Of a stretch of DNA of 64,000 nucleotides, positions 28,759 through 40,973 are shown one piece after another. Below the pieces are notes generated by a model that was given only the letters and a program-made list of their open reading frames with translations, was not told where the DNA came from and searched no databases. The position numbers and the translations under genes were made by a program. The stretch is from assembly GCA_023391875.1 (NCBI GenBank), contig JAEWAB010000006.1, positions 21,755 through 85,754 on the forward strand, written 5' to 3'. The number at the start of each line of letters is the position of its first letter. Position 1 is the first letter of the stretch. Origin of the DNA: Bacillota bacterium (GTDB taxonomy: Bacteria > Bacillota > Clostridia > Oscillospirales > Ruminococcaceae).

Positions 28759-30195
28759 TTAATTTTTTTCAATAATCGAAAGCAGAATCTCACGTAAAAC
28801 CGCGGGGTTGCCCTGCCCCTTGGAGGCGCGCATGCACTGCCCTACCAAAAAGCCCAGTACATTGGTCTTGCCTTTTTTATAATCCTCAATGGACTTTTGG
28901 TTGGCTGCAACTACTTCCTCGGCTATTGCCTGCAGCGCCGAGGTGTCGCTGATCTGCGCCAATCCCTTTTCGCTTACCACCTGCTCCGGCGAAATATCGT
29001 TATCAATGATTACCTCCAGCACCGTTTTGCCCGCGGTGTTGGAGATCGTCCCCTTTTCAATGAGCGCAATCATTGCGGTAAGGTTCTGCGCAGTCAGCTT
29101 GGTTGCCGAAAGCTCACAGCCACGCTCGTTGAGGATGCGCGTCACATCCCCTAGAAGCCAGTTGAGGATATTCTTGGCCTCACAGGCGTTGAGCGCCACA
29201 CAGGCCTCAAAAAAGCGCGCTTTTTCTATGTTCTCCACCAGTAGCCCGGCCTCAAACTCCGGTAGCGCATACTCGGCGATATAGCGCATCTGCTTTTTGT
29301 TGGGCAGCTCCGGGATGCTGTCTTTTAATCGCTGTAGGGCTTCTTCATCCACCACAATGGTGCCCAAATCAGGCTCCGGGAAGTAGCGATAGTCCATCGC
29401 GTCCTCCTTGCTGCGCAGGATAAAGTTCTTTCCCTTTACATCGTCCCAGCGGCGAGTCTCCTGAAAGATATCCTCACCCTTTTGTAGTGCTTCGATCTGG
29501 CGCTGCGCCTCGTACTCAATGGCGCGCACGGTACCGCTGAAGCCGTTGACATTCTTCATCTCCACCCTCGTGCCAAACTTGTTGGAGCCCTTCGGCATCA
29601 CCGAAACATTGACGTCACAGCGTATAGAGCCCTCCTGCATCTTGCAGTCGGAGATATCGAGGTACTGCAGGATGGAACGGATGGTGTCCAGATAGGCTTT
29701 CGCCTCCGCCGAGCTGCGCATGTCCGGCTCGGATACAATCTCGATCAGCGGTACACCGCAGCGGTTAAAGTCTACCAAAGAGCCGGAAAAGCTGTCGTCG
29801 TGCAGCAGCTTGCCCGCGTCCTCCTCAATGTGTATTCTCGTTACACCGATGCGCTTATGGCTGCCGTTTACCAGCACATCCACATACCCGTGCTCGCACA
29901 GCGGGATGTCATACTGTGAAATCTGGTACGCCTTGGGCAGGTCGGGGTAAAAATAGCTTTTCCGGTCCTGCTTGCAGACATTGTTGATGGTGCAGTTTAA
30001 AGCGTAGCCCATCTTTACGGCCGACTCCACCACCTGCTTGTTGAGCGTGGGCAGCGTGCCGGGCATACCGGTGCATTTGGGACAGATGTTGGTGTTCACC
30101 TCACCGCCAAACGCGTTTTTGCAGGAACAATATATCTTGGTTTTGGTGTTGAGCTCGGCGTGAACCTCAAGCCCCACCACTACTTCGTATTCCAT
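28759..30195 (-). CDS. gatB: Asp/Glu-tRNA amidotransferase subunit B
   Basis: VGLEVHAEL, YFYPDLPKAYQISQ, IEEDAGK, DYRYFPEPDL. Confidence 0.97.
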   Translation of the reverse strand: MEYEVVVGLEVHAELNTKTKIYCSCKNAFGGEVNTNICPKCTGMPGTLPTLNKQVVESAVKMGYALNCTINNVCKQDRKSYFYPDLPKAYQISQYDIPLCEHGYVDVLVNGSHKRIGVTRIHIEEDAGKLLHDDSFSGSLVDFNRCGVPLIEIVSEPDMRSSAEAKAYLDTIRSILQYLDISDCKMQEGSIRCDVNVSVMPKGSNKFGTRVEMKNVNGFSGTVRAIEYEAQRQIEALQKGEDIFQETRRWDDVKGKNFILRSKEDAMDYRYFPEPDLGTIVVDEEALQRLKDSIPELPNKKQMRYIAEYALPEFEAGLLVENIEKARFFEACVALNACEAKNILNWLLGDVTRILNERGCELSATKLTAQNLTAMIALIEKGTISNTAGKTVLEVIIDNDISPEQVVSEKGLAQISDTSALQAIAEEVVAANQKSIEDYKKGKTNVLGFLVGQCMRASKGQGNPAVLREILLSIIEKN

Positions 30196-30256
30196 AAACA
30201 TCCTCTTTTCTCAGGGCATGAACCCAATACTTGTTGCCGCCCTGCAATATAGGCCT

Positions 30257-31732
30257 CTATACCCGCACGTTTACGACCTTTTGCGCGCCGCCCGAAAGCG
30301 CTTCATAGAACGCAGCCACCTCAAAAAGCCGCTGCTCGGAAAATTTGCTGCCGATAATCTGCATACCCACCGGCAGGCCCTTGGAATCCCTGCCGCAGGG
30401 CACCGAGATTGCGGGCAGCCCGGCGATATTCACCGTAACCGTGCAGATATCGGAGGCGTACATCTTCACCGGGTCGCTTACCTTTTCGCCAAGCTTAAAG
30501 GCGGTATCGGGGGCCGTGGGGGTAATGATCACATCGCAACCCTGAAAAGCACCCTCAAACTCCTGTGTAATGCGCTTCTGGAACAGCTTGGCCTTTTTAT
30601 AGTAGGCATCGTAGTAGCCGGAGCTTAACACAAAGGTACCGAGCATAATGCGGCGCTTCACCTCGTCGCCAAAGCCCTCGCTGCGTGTTTTCTCATACAT
30701 ATCAATCAAGCTCTCGAACCCTTCGGCACGGTAGCCGTATTTTACGCCGTCAAAACGGGCCAGGTTGGAGGAAGCCTCCGCCGAAGAGATAATATAATAT
30801 GCCGAAAGGGCATTATCGGTGCTGGGCAGCGAAATCTGCTTTACCACCGCACCCGCCTTTTCCAGTTCGGCTACGGCGGCGGTAACGGCCTGTTTAACCT
30901 CCGCGTCTACGCCGTCGCCGAAATATTCCTTAGGCAGGCCGATCTTCAGGCCGCGAATCTCCTTACAACGCGTTGAAAAGGCAGGATATTCCCGGGCAAC
31001 GCTGGTGGCGTCGTTCTCGTCCCTGCCGCAGAGAGCACCGTATAACAGGGCCACGTCCTCTACACTTCTGCCCATCGGGCCGATCTGGTCCAGCGACGAG
31101 GCAAAGGCCACCAATCCATAACGCGAAACGCTGCCGTATGTAGGCTTTAAGCCCACGATACCGCAGTAGGCCGCGGGCATACGGATAGACCCGCCGGTAT
31201 CCGACCCCAGCGACAAAAATGCCTCGCCCGCCGCCACCGCCGCCGCCGAACCGCCGGAGGAACCGCCGGGGATTCGGGTAAGGTCACAGGGGTTCTTGGT
31301 CTTTTTAAAGTAGGAGTTTTCGCAGGACGAACCCATCGCAAACTCATCCATGTTCAGTTTGCCGGTAAACACCGCGTCCCGCTGCGAAAGCCTTTCAATC
31401 ACCGTGGCGTTATAGGGGGGTATAAAGTTATAAAGCATCTTGGAGGCGCAGGTGGTGAGCACTCCCTTGGTGCAGATGTTATCCTTAATGCCGATGGGTA
31501 CCCCGGCAAGCGGCGAGAGGGTCTCCCCTTTGGCACGCTTTTCGTCAACCTCTTTTGCCTTTTGTAACGCTTCTTCCTTTGTCAGGGTAAGATAGGCCTC
31601 AACCTTGTCCTCAACCTCTTCTATGCGTTTAAACACCGACTGTGTTGCTTCCACTGCCGAGCATTCTTTACCGGCAAGCTTGCGTGAAAGCTCCGCCGCC
31701 GTTAGTTCATAAAGATTCATTGCCTCCGCCAT
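30257..31732 (-). CDS. gatA: Asp/Glu-tRNA amidotransferase subunit A
   Basis: [32 protein letters not shown] amidase signature, RFDGVKYG. Confidence 0.97.
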   Translation of the reverse strand: MAEAMNLYELTAAELSRKLAGKECSAVEATQSVFKRIEEVEDKVEAYLTLTKEEALQKAKEVDEKRAKGETLSPLAGVPIGIKDNICTKGVLTTCASKMLYNFIPPYNATVIERLSQRDAVFTGKLNMDEFAMGSSCENSYFKKTKNPCDLTRIPGGSSGGSAAAVAAGEAFLSLGSDTGGSIRMPAAYCGIVGLKPTYGSVSRYGLVAFASSLDQIGPMGRSVEDVALLYGALCGRDENDATSVAREYPAFSTRCKEIRGLKIGLPKEYFGDGVDAEVKQAVTAAVAELEKAGAVVKQISLPSTDNALSAYYIISSAEASSNLARFDGVKYGYRAEGFESLIDMYEKTRSEGFGDEVKRRIMLGTFVLSSGYYDAYYKKAKLFQKRITQEFEGAFQGCDVIITPTAPDTAFKLGEKVSDPVKMYASDICTVTVNIAGLPAISVPCGRDSKGLPVGMQIIGSKFSEQRLFEVAAFYEALSGGAQKVVNVRV

Positions 31733-31836
31733 TTCTCCGCACGATTATTCTTGCACTTCGTTATGCTTTAAAGTTCTATCACCAAGCCATCCCGCGCGAA
31801 CGATGCTTGGTATCAACGGGCAGGTGCGGCTACGTA

Positions 31837-32109
31837 CTATTCCTCCACCACTTTGGGCACCACGTAACAGCCGGCCTCAACCTGCGGCGCATTTTGCAGC
31901 ATCTCGGCGCGCTTGATGGATACACCTATTTCATCCGCCCGAAGCGCCATGGGGTTGTTGCGGTCCAGCGTAAGGGTCAGGTCGGAGACATCGGGCAGCT
32001 TGTCTACCATATCCACGATATTCTGCATGTCCTTTTCAAATTTCGGTATATCCTCTTCGCTGATTCTAAGCCTTGAGAGCTTAGCGACCTTTTTAATGTC
32101 GATGTTCAT
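31837..32109 (-). CDS. gatC: Asp/Glu-tRNA amidotransferase subunit C
   Basis: VAKLSRL, LRAD, NAP....YVVPKV. Confidence 0.93.
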   Translation of the reverse strand: MNIDIKKVAKLSRLRISEEDIPKFEKDMQNIVDMVDKLPDVSDLTLTLDRNNPMALRADEIGVSIKRAEMLQNAPQVEAGCYVVPKVVEE

Positions 32110-32144
32110 AAAATCCTCCTATAAACCAAAGCATGTGCGGTGGT

Positions 32145-34139
<1,995 letters not shown>

Positions 34140-34226
34140 TTAATCCGTTTATAGTCTTTGGATAAGTATTGGTCTATCCCACCCAAATATATAATTTAGT
34201 ATATCATATTTTCAGCCAATTTTAAA

Positions 34227-34904
34227 TTAATTTTCTCCGGCATAGTCGTTAATTTTTGAGATGGTGGAGGACTCATCGTCGTTTACATTGGTAAATGAAT
34301 CAGGTACCTTTCCGACTATAATGGTATCGACAATCAAAAAATTACAGGGCACCACTACCTTGCTGGAGGTGCCCGCAATGACCGCGGTGACGGTAACGGT
34401 GATATTGAGCAGAATCTGATGCCGCGTTTGGTTAATGCCGGCCGCCTCAAAGGTATGCGTAAGCTCGGTAGTAACATCGCCGGTCGGTACAATCCTGAAA
34501 GGTAACTGCGGCCCCCGCCCCATAAAGGCCTGTGCCCCTAATAACGTGCCCAGATTCACCTTGATTTCACTGCTATGCATATCCGAAAGCTTTGCGAGGA
34601 TTGCCGTGGAAAGGCGCGATTTTAAGATATTCACGGCCATAGAATTGGTTTGTATCGCCGTTATTTCGCCCGAGTTATCCGTTGATACTTTGGCAATATC
34701 AGCGTACTTTATGCCGTCCGTCTGCAGTTCCTCAGTAACCGCCTCGTTAATCATACGGGTAGAGAGGATTTTGGCTTCGTACTCCGAGAAGGTTCTGATG
34801 ACAGGGCGCATCCTTATGTCGCAGATAATCAGTACGGCAACAATTACTGCCAGTGCAATAAGCATCCTAAGCTCTATTCTCTGCCACTTATCCATCCTGC
34901 GCAT
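34227..34904 (-). CDS. yunB: Sporulation protein YunB
   Basis: N-terminal TM, LG.LLG....GRGP, F.AAGINQTRH, IVGKVP. Confidence 0.9.
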   Translation of the reverse strand: MRRMDKWQRIELRMLIALAVIVAVLIICDIRMRPVIRTFSEYEAKILSTRMINEAVTEELQTDGIKYADIAKVSTDNSGEITAIQTNSMAVNILKSRLSTAILAKLSDMHSSEIKVNLGTLLGAQAFMGRGPQLPFRIVPTGDVTTELTHTFEAAGINQTRHQILLNITVTVTAVIAGTSSKVVVPCNFLIVDTIIVGKVPDSFTNVNDDESSTISKINDYAGEN

Positions 34905-35021
34905 CCGTTTCCACCCGGCCTTTCATAGGGATACTTGTTAGGTGATATAAAAACATCAAAATGCCGTATTTTATTTAAAACCGGCGCGATATTGCTTCAA
35001 TTTAAATAAAAAACCTCAATT

Positions 35022-35051
35022 ATATATATTCGCAATAGCGGCGTTTTGTGA
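35022..35051 (-). promoter_or_regulatory. Putative sigma-E promoter of yunB
   Basis: Minus strand TCACA-16nt-AATATATAT. Confidence 0.5.
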
Positions 35052-35054
35052 TAA

Positions 35055-35152
35055 TACTAATTCTTCTTTAATAAAGTAATGAAATCGCTTTTTTAAACCC
35101 CGCCTTCGGAAGCGTATTGAACGGCAATTCGGCGGCTTAATGGAATTTAGTA
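35055..35152 (-). mobile_element. Miniature inverted-repeat element, family 1, copy C (98 bp, reverse orientation)
   Basis: Reverse complement reads TACTAAATTCCATTAAGCCGCCGAATTGCCGTTCAATACGCTTCCGAAGGCGGGGTTTAAAAAAGCGATTTCATTACTTTATTAAAGAAGAATTAGTA, collinear with copies A and B. Confidence 0.82.
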
Positions 35153-35162
35153 TATAGCCATA

Positions 35163-35207
35163 CAAAAAGAAAGCAGCCGCAGGTTCCTTAAAACCATACG
35201 GCTGCTT
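35163..35207 (-). terminator. Intrinsic terminator after pfkA
   Basis: AAGCAGCCG...CGGCTGCTT stem followed by TCTTTTT on the minus strand. Confidence 0.75.
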
Positions 35208-35244
35208 ATTTCGTGCTTATAGGCTTTATTGGTGTAACTAAAGC

Positions 35245-36237
35245 TTAGATGGAAATCTGATGTGCAACTTCAAAGGCATGCATATCAATGCTCTTTTTCA
35301 TCTGCAGTGCTTCGTAGATATCAAAGTCAACAATCTTGTCATCGCGCATTACCACAACACGATTGCCGATGCCCTTGTCTAAAAGTTCAACTGCATAATG
35401 CCCCATCAGGCTGGCGTTCACACGGTCTAAAACGGTCGGCGACCCGCCGCGCTGAACGTGACCGAGAACGGTTGCACGGGTTTCAATGCCCGTTTCGGTT
35501 TGAATGCGGTTTGCAAGGTCATCAATGCTGGGGTTGTTCTCCGCAACCACGCCCTCGGCAACTACGATAATAAAATGCTGCTTACCGGTTTTACGCGTTT
35601 TCATCATACGGTCGTAGATGTCCCGCTTAAAGTCAAACGGAACCTCAGGAACGAGAATCGCGGTAGCGCCGCAGGCAATGCCCGTGTTAAGCGCGATGTG
35701 GCCTGCGTGTCTGCCCATTACCTCCACCACACTGCAGCGGTCGTGCGATTGTGTGGTGTCGCGCAGCCTGTCCACCATCTGCATGGCGGTATTCATGGCG
35801 GTATCGTATCCGATGGTGTAGTCGGAGGAAGCGATATCGTTATCAATGGTTCCGGGAAGCCCTACACAGGGAATACCCAAGAGCGAAAGATCACGGGCAC
35901 CTCTGAAGGAGCCGTCGCCGCCGATTACCACAATGCCGTCAAGCCCGGCAGCTTTGCAGGTATTTTTAGCCTTTTCAAGGCCTGCCTGCTCGCGGAACTC
36001 GGGGCAGCGCGCAGTGTAAAGGATGGTACCGCCGCGGTGGATAATATCCGACACACTTCTAAGATTCATCTCTACCATGTCGCCGGAGATAAGCCCGTTA
36101 TAGCCATGACGTATGCCAAGCACACGCATTCCTAAATGCAGGCCGGTTCTTACAACAGAGCGCACGGTGGCATTCATGCCCGGCGCGTCGCCGCCGCTTG
36201 TAAGAACACCGATTGTTTTTACTGAATCACTCATCAT
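35245..36237 (-). CDS. pfkA: ATP-dependent 6-phosphofructokinase
   Basis: LTSGGDAPGMN, GGDGS, TIDND, EVMGR, LGHVQRGG. Confidence 0.97.
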   Translation of the reverse strand: MMSDSVKTIGVLTSGGDAPGMNATVRSVVRTGLHLGMRVLGIRHGYNGLISGDMVEMNLRSVSDIIHRGGTILYTARCPEFREQAGLEKAKNTCKAAGLDGIVVIGGDGSFRGARDLSLLGIPCVGLPGTIDNDIASSDYTIGYDTAMNTAMQMVDRLRDTTQSHDRCSVVEVMGRHAGHIALNTGIACGATAILVPEVPFDFKRDIYDRMMKTRKTGKQHFIIVVAEGVVAENNPSIDDLANRIQTETGIETRATVLGHVQRGGSPTVLDRVNASLMGHYAVELLDKGIGNRVVVMRDDKIVDFDIYEALQMKKSIDMHAFEVAHQISI

Positions 36238-36312
36238 AGTTCCCCCTTGAGGATGGTCGTTAATGCCTTTTCCCGCTTTGCGGAAAATTTAACAACTAAT
36301 CATATCTTTCTG

Positions 36313-36341
36313 ATTATAATACATGCATCGGCTTTTTTCAA
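36313..36341 (-). promoter_or_regulatory. sigma-A promoter of pfkA
   Basis: Minus strand TTGAAA-17bp-TATAAT. Confidence 0.75.
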
Positions 36342-36387
36342 TATTCTTAGGCTGCTCAAACAACGATAAAGCACAATTTTGTTACCG

Positions 36388-39300
36388 CTATTCCCTTAAA
36401 ACAACATTTTCCTCCCCTAAAATACGCTTAAGTTCACCAAGCATCACGGGATACGGGGTTGTCCATAGCGCGTTAGGCGCCTTGGTAAGCTCTTTATCCT
36501 GTGTAAAATACACATAGACCACTGTCGAACCGTTAAAGTACTCCAGAATATTCTGCACCTTTTTTAGCCGTTCATCCTGTCTGGAGGTAAGCTTTAAAAA
36601 CAGCCCCTCACGGGTCTTCTTTTCGGGTGCTGAGGCCGGACGCTCCGAAGGAGTGGTTGCGGTAACCGCCTGCTCAACAGACTCGATGTTTTCGCACACG
36701 ATCTTCGGCTCTTCCTCTTCACGCAGCGAAACCCTGCCCGTAATGACCGCAGTTGAACCCACATTCACCAGTCTTGCAGTATCTGCTAGCAGCTTGGGGA
36801 ATACAATTGCCTCCAGCGAGGCGGTTGTATCCTCAATATCAATAAATGCCATTGTTTCATTGGATTTTGTGGTCTTCAGCTTTTTAGAGGTAACAATGCA
36901 GAGCAGCTTGACGATATCCCTGTCTTTAAACCGCCCGGTTTCGTCCTTTTGGCTTGAGATAATCTCGGCGAGGTTTACCGTGCCAAGCTTCTCGGCGGCA
37001 TCCTTATAGTCATTAAGCGGGTGCCCGGAAATGAACAGCCCGATGGTCTCTTTCTCGTAGCGCAGCAGTTCCCCTAAGGCAAACTCGTCGGTCTCCGGCA
37101 TCTTCGGCTCGCTTTTTGCAATGGGATGGTTCAGTGCAAAGAGGTCGATCTGCCCCTCGATCATGTCACGGTTTCTGGAGCCGATGGCGGAGAGGATAGA
37201 CTCGCTGTTAAGCCAAAGCTGCTTGCGCTTATAGCCAAGTGAATCAAACGCCCCTGCCTTGATAAGGCTTTCCAGCCCGCGCTTGTTAAGGTCGGAGCCC
37301 TGCATACGCTCGCAGAAGGTATAAAACGAGGTAAAGGCACCGTTCTTACGCTCGGCAATCAGGTCTCGAATCAGGCCGCGGCCAAGGTTTTTGATGGCTA
37401 CCAAACCAAAGCGGATGCTGTCGCCCGAAACGGTAAAGCCCTCGCCGCTTTGGTTGATATCCGGCGGAAGCACCTTGATGTTTAAGCGGGCACATTCGCT
37501 GATGTATTCCACGATTCTATCGGTATTATCGAGTACGCTGGTAAGGAGCGCGGCCATATATTCCTTGGGATAGTGGCACTTGAGGTAGGCGGTTAGATAA
37601 GCAACATAGGCATAGGCTGCCGCGTGTGATTTATTAAATGCGTAGGACGCAAAGCTGGACATCTCATTAAAGATATCATTCGCCACCTCCGCTGGTACGC
37701 CGTTACTTACCGCACCCACACATTCAATACTGCCGTCTTCCCTTTTGGCGCCATAGATAAAGTTTTGGCGCTCTTTTTCCATTACATCGGCTTTTTTCTT
37801 AGACATGGCGCGGCGTACAAGGTCGGCTCTGCCATAGGAGTAGCCAGCCAGCTGGCGGCAGATCTGCATTACCTGTTCCTGATATACAATGCAGCCGTAG
37901 GTAACCTCCAAAATGGGCTTTAGCAGCGGCGTTTTATAGGTCACCAGCTCCGGCTGATGCCGGTTTGCAATATACTTGGGGATAGACTCCATCGGCCCGG
38001 GACGGTACAGTGAGTTTACCGCTATCAAATCCTCCACAGCCTCGGGTTTAAGGTCTGTCAGTACGCGTTTCATGCCTGCGGACTCAAACTGGAATACGCC
38101 TTCCGTCATTCCCTGAGAGAATAATTTAAAAACCATAGGGTCGTTCATAGGAATGTGCTCAACCGAGAAATCAGGCCTAATACGTCGTATCATCTCTTCA
38201 CTGTCATGAATAACCGTAAGGTTGCGCAGGCCGAGAAAGTCCATCTTCAAAAGGCCAAGCTCTTCAAGGGTGGTCATGGTGAATTGGGTGATGATCGAGT
38301 CTTCACTTTTTGTAAGCGGCACATAGGAACTTACCGGGTCGCGTGTAATAACCACGCCCGCCGCGTGTGTGGAGGCGTGGCGCGGCATCCCCTCCAGCTT
38401 GCGCGCCATATCGATCAGCTCGCGGATTTTACCGTCGTTTTCGTACAGCGTTTTCAGTTCGGGCATCACGGACAATGCCTTATCGATGGTCATGTGCAGC
38501 TCGGTAGGCACCAGTTTGGCCACCGTATCCACTGTTTGATAGGCAAGCCCCAGTGCGCGCCCGACATCGCGGATGGCCGCCCGCGCCGCCATCGTACCGA
38601 AGGTGATAATCTGCGCTACGTGGTCGCTGCCGTATTTAGTGATCACGTAATCGATAACCCTCTGCCGTTTTTCATAGCAAAAATCGATATCAAAGTCCGG
38701 CATGCTGACGCGTTCCGGATTTAAAAAGCGCTCAAAAAGCAGGTTGTATTTGATCGGGTCAATACCCGTAATACCCATGCAGTAGGCCGCGATGCTGCCG
38801 GCGCCCGAACCTCTTCCCGGGCCGACCGGAATATCGTTATTTTTCGCGTAGGCGATAAAATCGTGCACAATCAAAAAATAATCGACATAGCCCATCTTGA
38901 TAATAACCGAAATCTCATATTCTAACCGTTCGGTCAATGCGGGCGGGGGATTTTCTCCATAATGGCGCACGAGGCCTTCATGACACATCTCTTTAAAATA
39001 GGCGATGTTGTCTTTGCCGTCGGGCGCTTTAAAATATGGCAGCTTTGTAACACCAAACTCAAACGTTACCTCACAGCGCTCTGCAATCCTCGCCGTATTG
39101 GCAATCGCCTCGGGGGCGTAGGAGAAAAGTGTTGCCATCTCGTCGCCGTCTTTAATGTAGAACTCATCGGTTGGGAACTCCAGCGTATCATCGTCGTCCA
39201 CGGTATGCCCCGTTTGAATGCACACCATCACATGCTGCATCTTGGAATCTTCCCGCGTCAGGTAATGGGCGTCGTTGGTAGCGACAAGCCCGATGCCCGT

Positions 39301-39888
39301 CTCCTGCGAAAGGCGCAGGATGTAAGGGATGATCTGCTTTTGCTCCTCAATACCGTGGTCCTGAATCTCTAAAAAGTAATTCTCTTTACCAAAGATACTC
39401 GCGTATTCAAGCGCCACCCGCTTGGCCTCTTCGTATTCGCCGTTAAGCAGCTTTCGCGGGATCTCACCCGCAAGGCAGGCCGAAAGGCAGATAAGCCCCT
39501 CGCTGTACTGCCTCAGCAATTCCAAGTCCACCCTCGGGCGGTTGTAAAAGCCGTCGATAAAACCGAGCGAGACCATCTGGATAAGATTCTCGTAGCCTTT
39601 GTTGTTTTGGCACAGCAACACCAGATGATAAGGGCTGGAATCGATCTGATGCACCTTATCAAAGCGTGTTCTGGGGGCAACGTATACCTCGCAGCCGATG
39701 ATGGGCTTAACCCCGTTTTTCTTGGCCTCTTTATAAAAATCAACCACGCCGTACATCACGCCGTGGTCGGTTATCGCCACCGAAGACTGCCCCAGTTCCT
39801 TCACACGTTTTACAAGCTGGGGTATTCTGCACGCGCCATCGAGTAGGCTGTATTCGGTATGCACATGTAGATGGACAAACTCGTTCAT
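36388..39888 (-). CDS. dnaE: DNA polymerase III alpha subunit (DnaE)
   Basis: HLHVHTEYSLLDG PHP domain, GRGSGAGS, PDFDIDF, KMDFLGL, FNKSHA; normal length, no intein-sized insertion. Confidence 0.97.
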   Translation of the reverse strand: MNEFVHLHVHTEYSLLDGACRIPQLVKRVKELGQSSVAITDHGVMYGVVDFYKEAKKNGVKPIIGCEVYVAPRTRFDKVHQIDSSPYHLVLLCQNNKGYENLIQMVSLGFIDGFYNRPRVDLELLRQYSEGLICLSACLAGEIPRKLLNGEYEEAKRVALEYASIFGKENYFLEIQDHGIEEQKQIIPYILRLSQETGIGLVATNDAHYLTREDSKMQHVMVCIQTGHTVDDDDTLEFPTDEFYIKDGDEMATLFSYAPEAIANTARIAERCEVTFEFGVTKLPYFKAPDGKDNIAYFKEMCHEGLVRHYGENPPPALTERLEYEISVIIKMGYVDYFLIVHDFIAYAKNNDIPVGPGRGSGAGSIAAYCMGITGIDPIKYNLLFERFLNPERVSMPDFDIDFCYEKRQRVIDYVITKYGSDHVAQIITFGTMAARAAIRDVGRALGLAYQTVDTVAKLVPTELHMTIDKALSVMPELKTLYENDGKIRELIDMARKLEGMPRHASTHAAGVVITRDPVSSYVPLTKSEDSIITQFTMTTLEELGLLKMDFLGLRNLTVIHDSEEMIRRIRPDFSVEHIPMNDPMVFKLFSQGMTEGVFQFESAGMKRVLTDLKPEAVEDLIAVNSLYRPGPMESIPKYIANRHQPELVTYKTPLLKPILEVTYGCIVYQEQVMQICRQLAGYSYGRADLVRRAMSKKKADVMEKERQNFIYGAKREDGSIECVGAVSNGVPAEVANDIFNEMSSFASYAFNKSHAAAYAYVAYLTAYLKCHYPKEYMAALLTSVLDNTDRIVEYISECARLNIKVLPPDINQSGEGFTVSGDSIRFGLVAIKNLGRGLIRDLIAERKNGAFTSFYTFCERMQGSDLNKRGLESLIKAGAFDSLGYKRKQLWLNSESILSAIGSRNRDMIEGQIDLFALNHPIAKSEPKMPETDEFALGELLRYEKETIGLFISGHPLNDYKDAAEKLGTVNLAEIISSQKDETGRFKDRDIVKLLCIVTSKKLKTTKSNETMAFIDIEDTTASLEAIVFPKLLADTARLVNVGSTAVITGRVSLREEEEPKIVCENIESVEQAVTATTPSERPASAPEKKTREGLFLKLTSRQDERLKKVQNILEYFNGSTVVYVYFTQDKELTKAPNALWTTPYPVMLGELKRILGEENVVLRE

Positions 39889-39975
39889 TATTCTACCCTT
39901 GCCTTTCCGGCTTGACACTGCCATTTTGCGCAAAAGGATTTTTTCAGCTCCAACAGCGGTATTTCTCTTACACTT

Positions 39976-40905
39976 TTAAACTTTCTTGCGTCCTTTTAAA
40001 CTTCTCTGTTCCTTCGCCAAGGTCGAAAGCCTTCTAAGCCGATGACTGACACCTGATCGGGAGAGTACCGGTGAGAGCATCTGCCCGAGCTCGCTTAAAG
40101 AGCTTTCGGGGTACTTCAGCCGCAGGGCGGCAATCTCCTTTAGGTCGTCGGGCAGTGATGTAAACCCGAGCGATCGTTTCAGGTATTTAATATCACGAAT
40201 CTGCGCGGCGGACGCCGTAACCGTCTTTTCGATATTCGCGGTCTCACAGTTTGTCTTGCGGTTGATGTTATTGCGAAGGTCTTTAATAATCTTAATGTCC
40301 ATCAGTTCAAGGGTAAAGCGCGAGGCGCCCATGTAGGTAATCATATCCTCAATCACGCTGCTGTCCTTCACATACAGCACATAGCTGCCCTTGCGCACTG
40401 ACGTTTTCAAGGTAAACCCGGCATCCTCTATGAGCAGCTGAAGATTATTGCTAAGGGTAAAACGCTGCACCACAAACTCTAACCGGTAGGCCTTATTGGG
40501 GTCGCTTACATACCCGCACGCCAAAAAGGCCCCGCGGATAAAATAGCAGATATCCTCCGGCGACTCGATATTGGCCATGTTTACTTTGAGTGCAATTTCA
40601 CTGAGCCCGTGGGAGAAATAGTCCATGACACTCTGCCGGTCATGCTCACTTGTTATCGACACCGAGAAGGCCTTCGCTGTTCTGCCCGATTCTCTCAGCC
40701 TCACTTCAACGCCGCACAGCTCGCTGAGCAGGCTTTGGTACAGTGACGCAACGCATTCATAATCCGTTTGAATCGCCATACCCTCGGCGCTAAAACTGCG
40801 TGAAAAGAGCATCAACCCATAAAGCAAGGCTTTCTTACCGGCTGGGGGTATTTTAACAGTCCCGCATAACTCGGCTTTGAGCTTATACCCGTATGTATCT
40901 GCCAT
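39976..40905 (-). CDS. whiA: DNA-binding protein WhiA
   Basis: IRGAFLACG...P...Y.LE, NR..NCETAN..K, SL.ELG, SGV.HRL. Confidence 0.92.
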   Translation of the reverse strand: MADTYGYKLKAELCGTVKIPPAGKKALLYGLMLFSRSFSAEGMAIQTDYECVASLYQSLLSELCGVEVRLRESGRTAKAFSVSITSEHDRQSVMDYFSHGLSEIALKVNMANIESPEDICYFIRGAFLACGYVSDPNKAYRLEFVVQRFTLSNNLQLLIEDAGFTLKTSVRKGSYVLYVKDSSVIEDMITYMGASRFTLELMDIKIIKDLRNNINRKTNCETANIEKTVTASAAQIRDIKYLKRSLGFTSLPDDLKEIAALRLKYPESSLSELGQMLSPVLSRSGVSHRLRRLSTLAKEQRSLKGRKKV

Positions 40906-40973
40906 ACCGTAACAAAACCCCGTTTCAGCTAAGATAGTGCCTACCGTTCACCACGCGGCAACACAGTCGGCAC

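Noticed and set aside
34193..34206. AATTTAGTATA as another element end
   Set aside because: There is no partner end or interior module; it reads as an extended -10 (TGATATACT) upstream of ligA.
36388..39888. Intein in DnaE
   Set aside because: The length is normal and motifs are contiguous, with no intein-like insertion.
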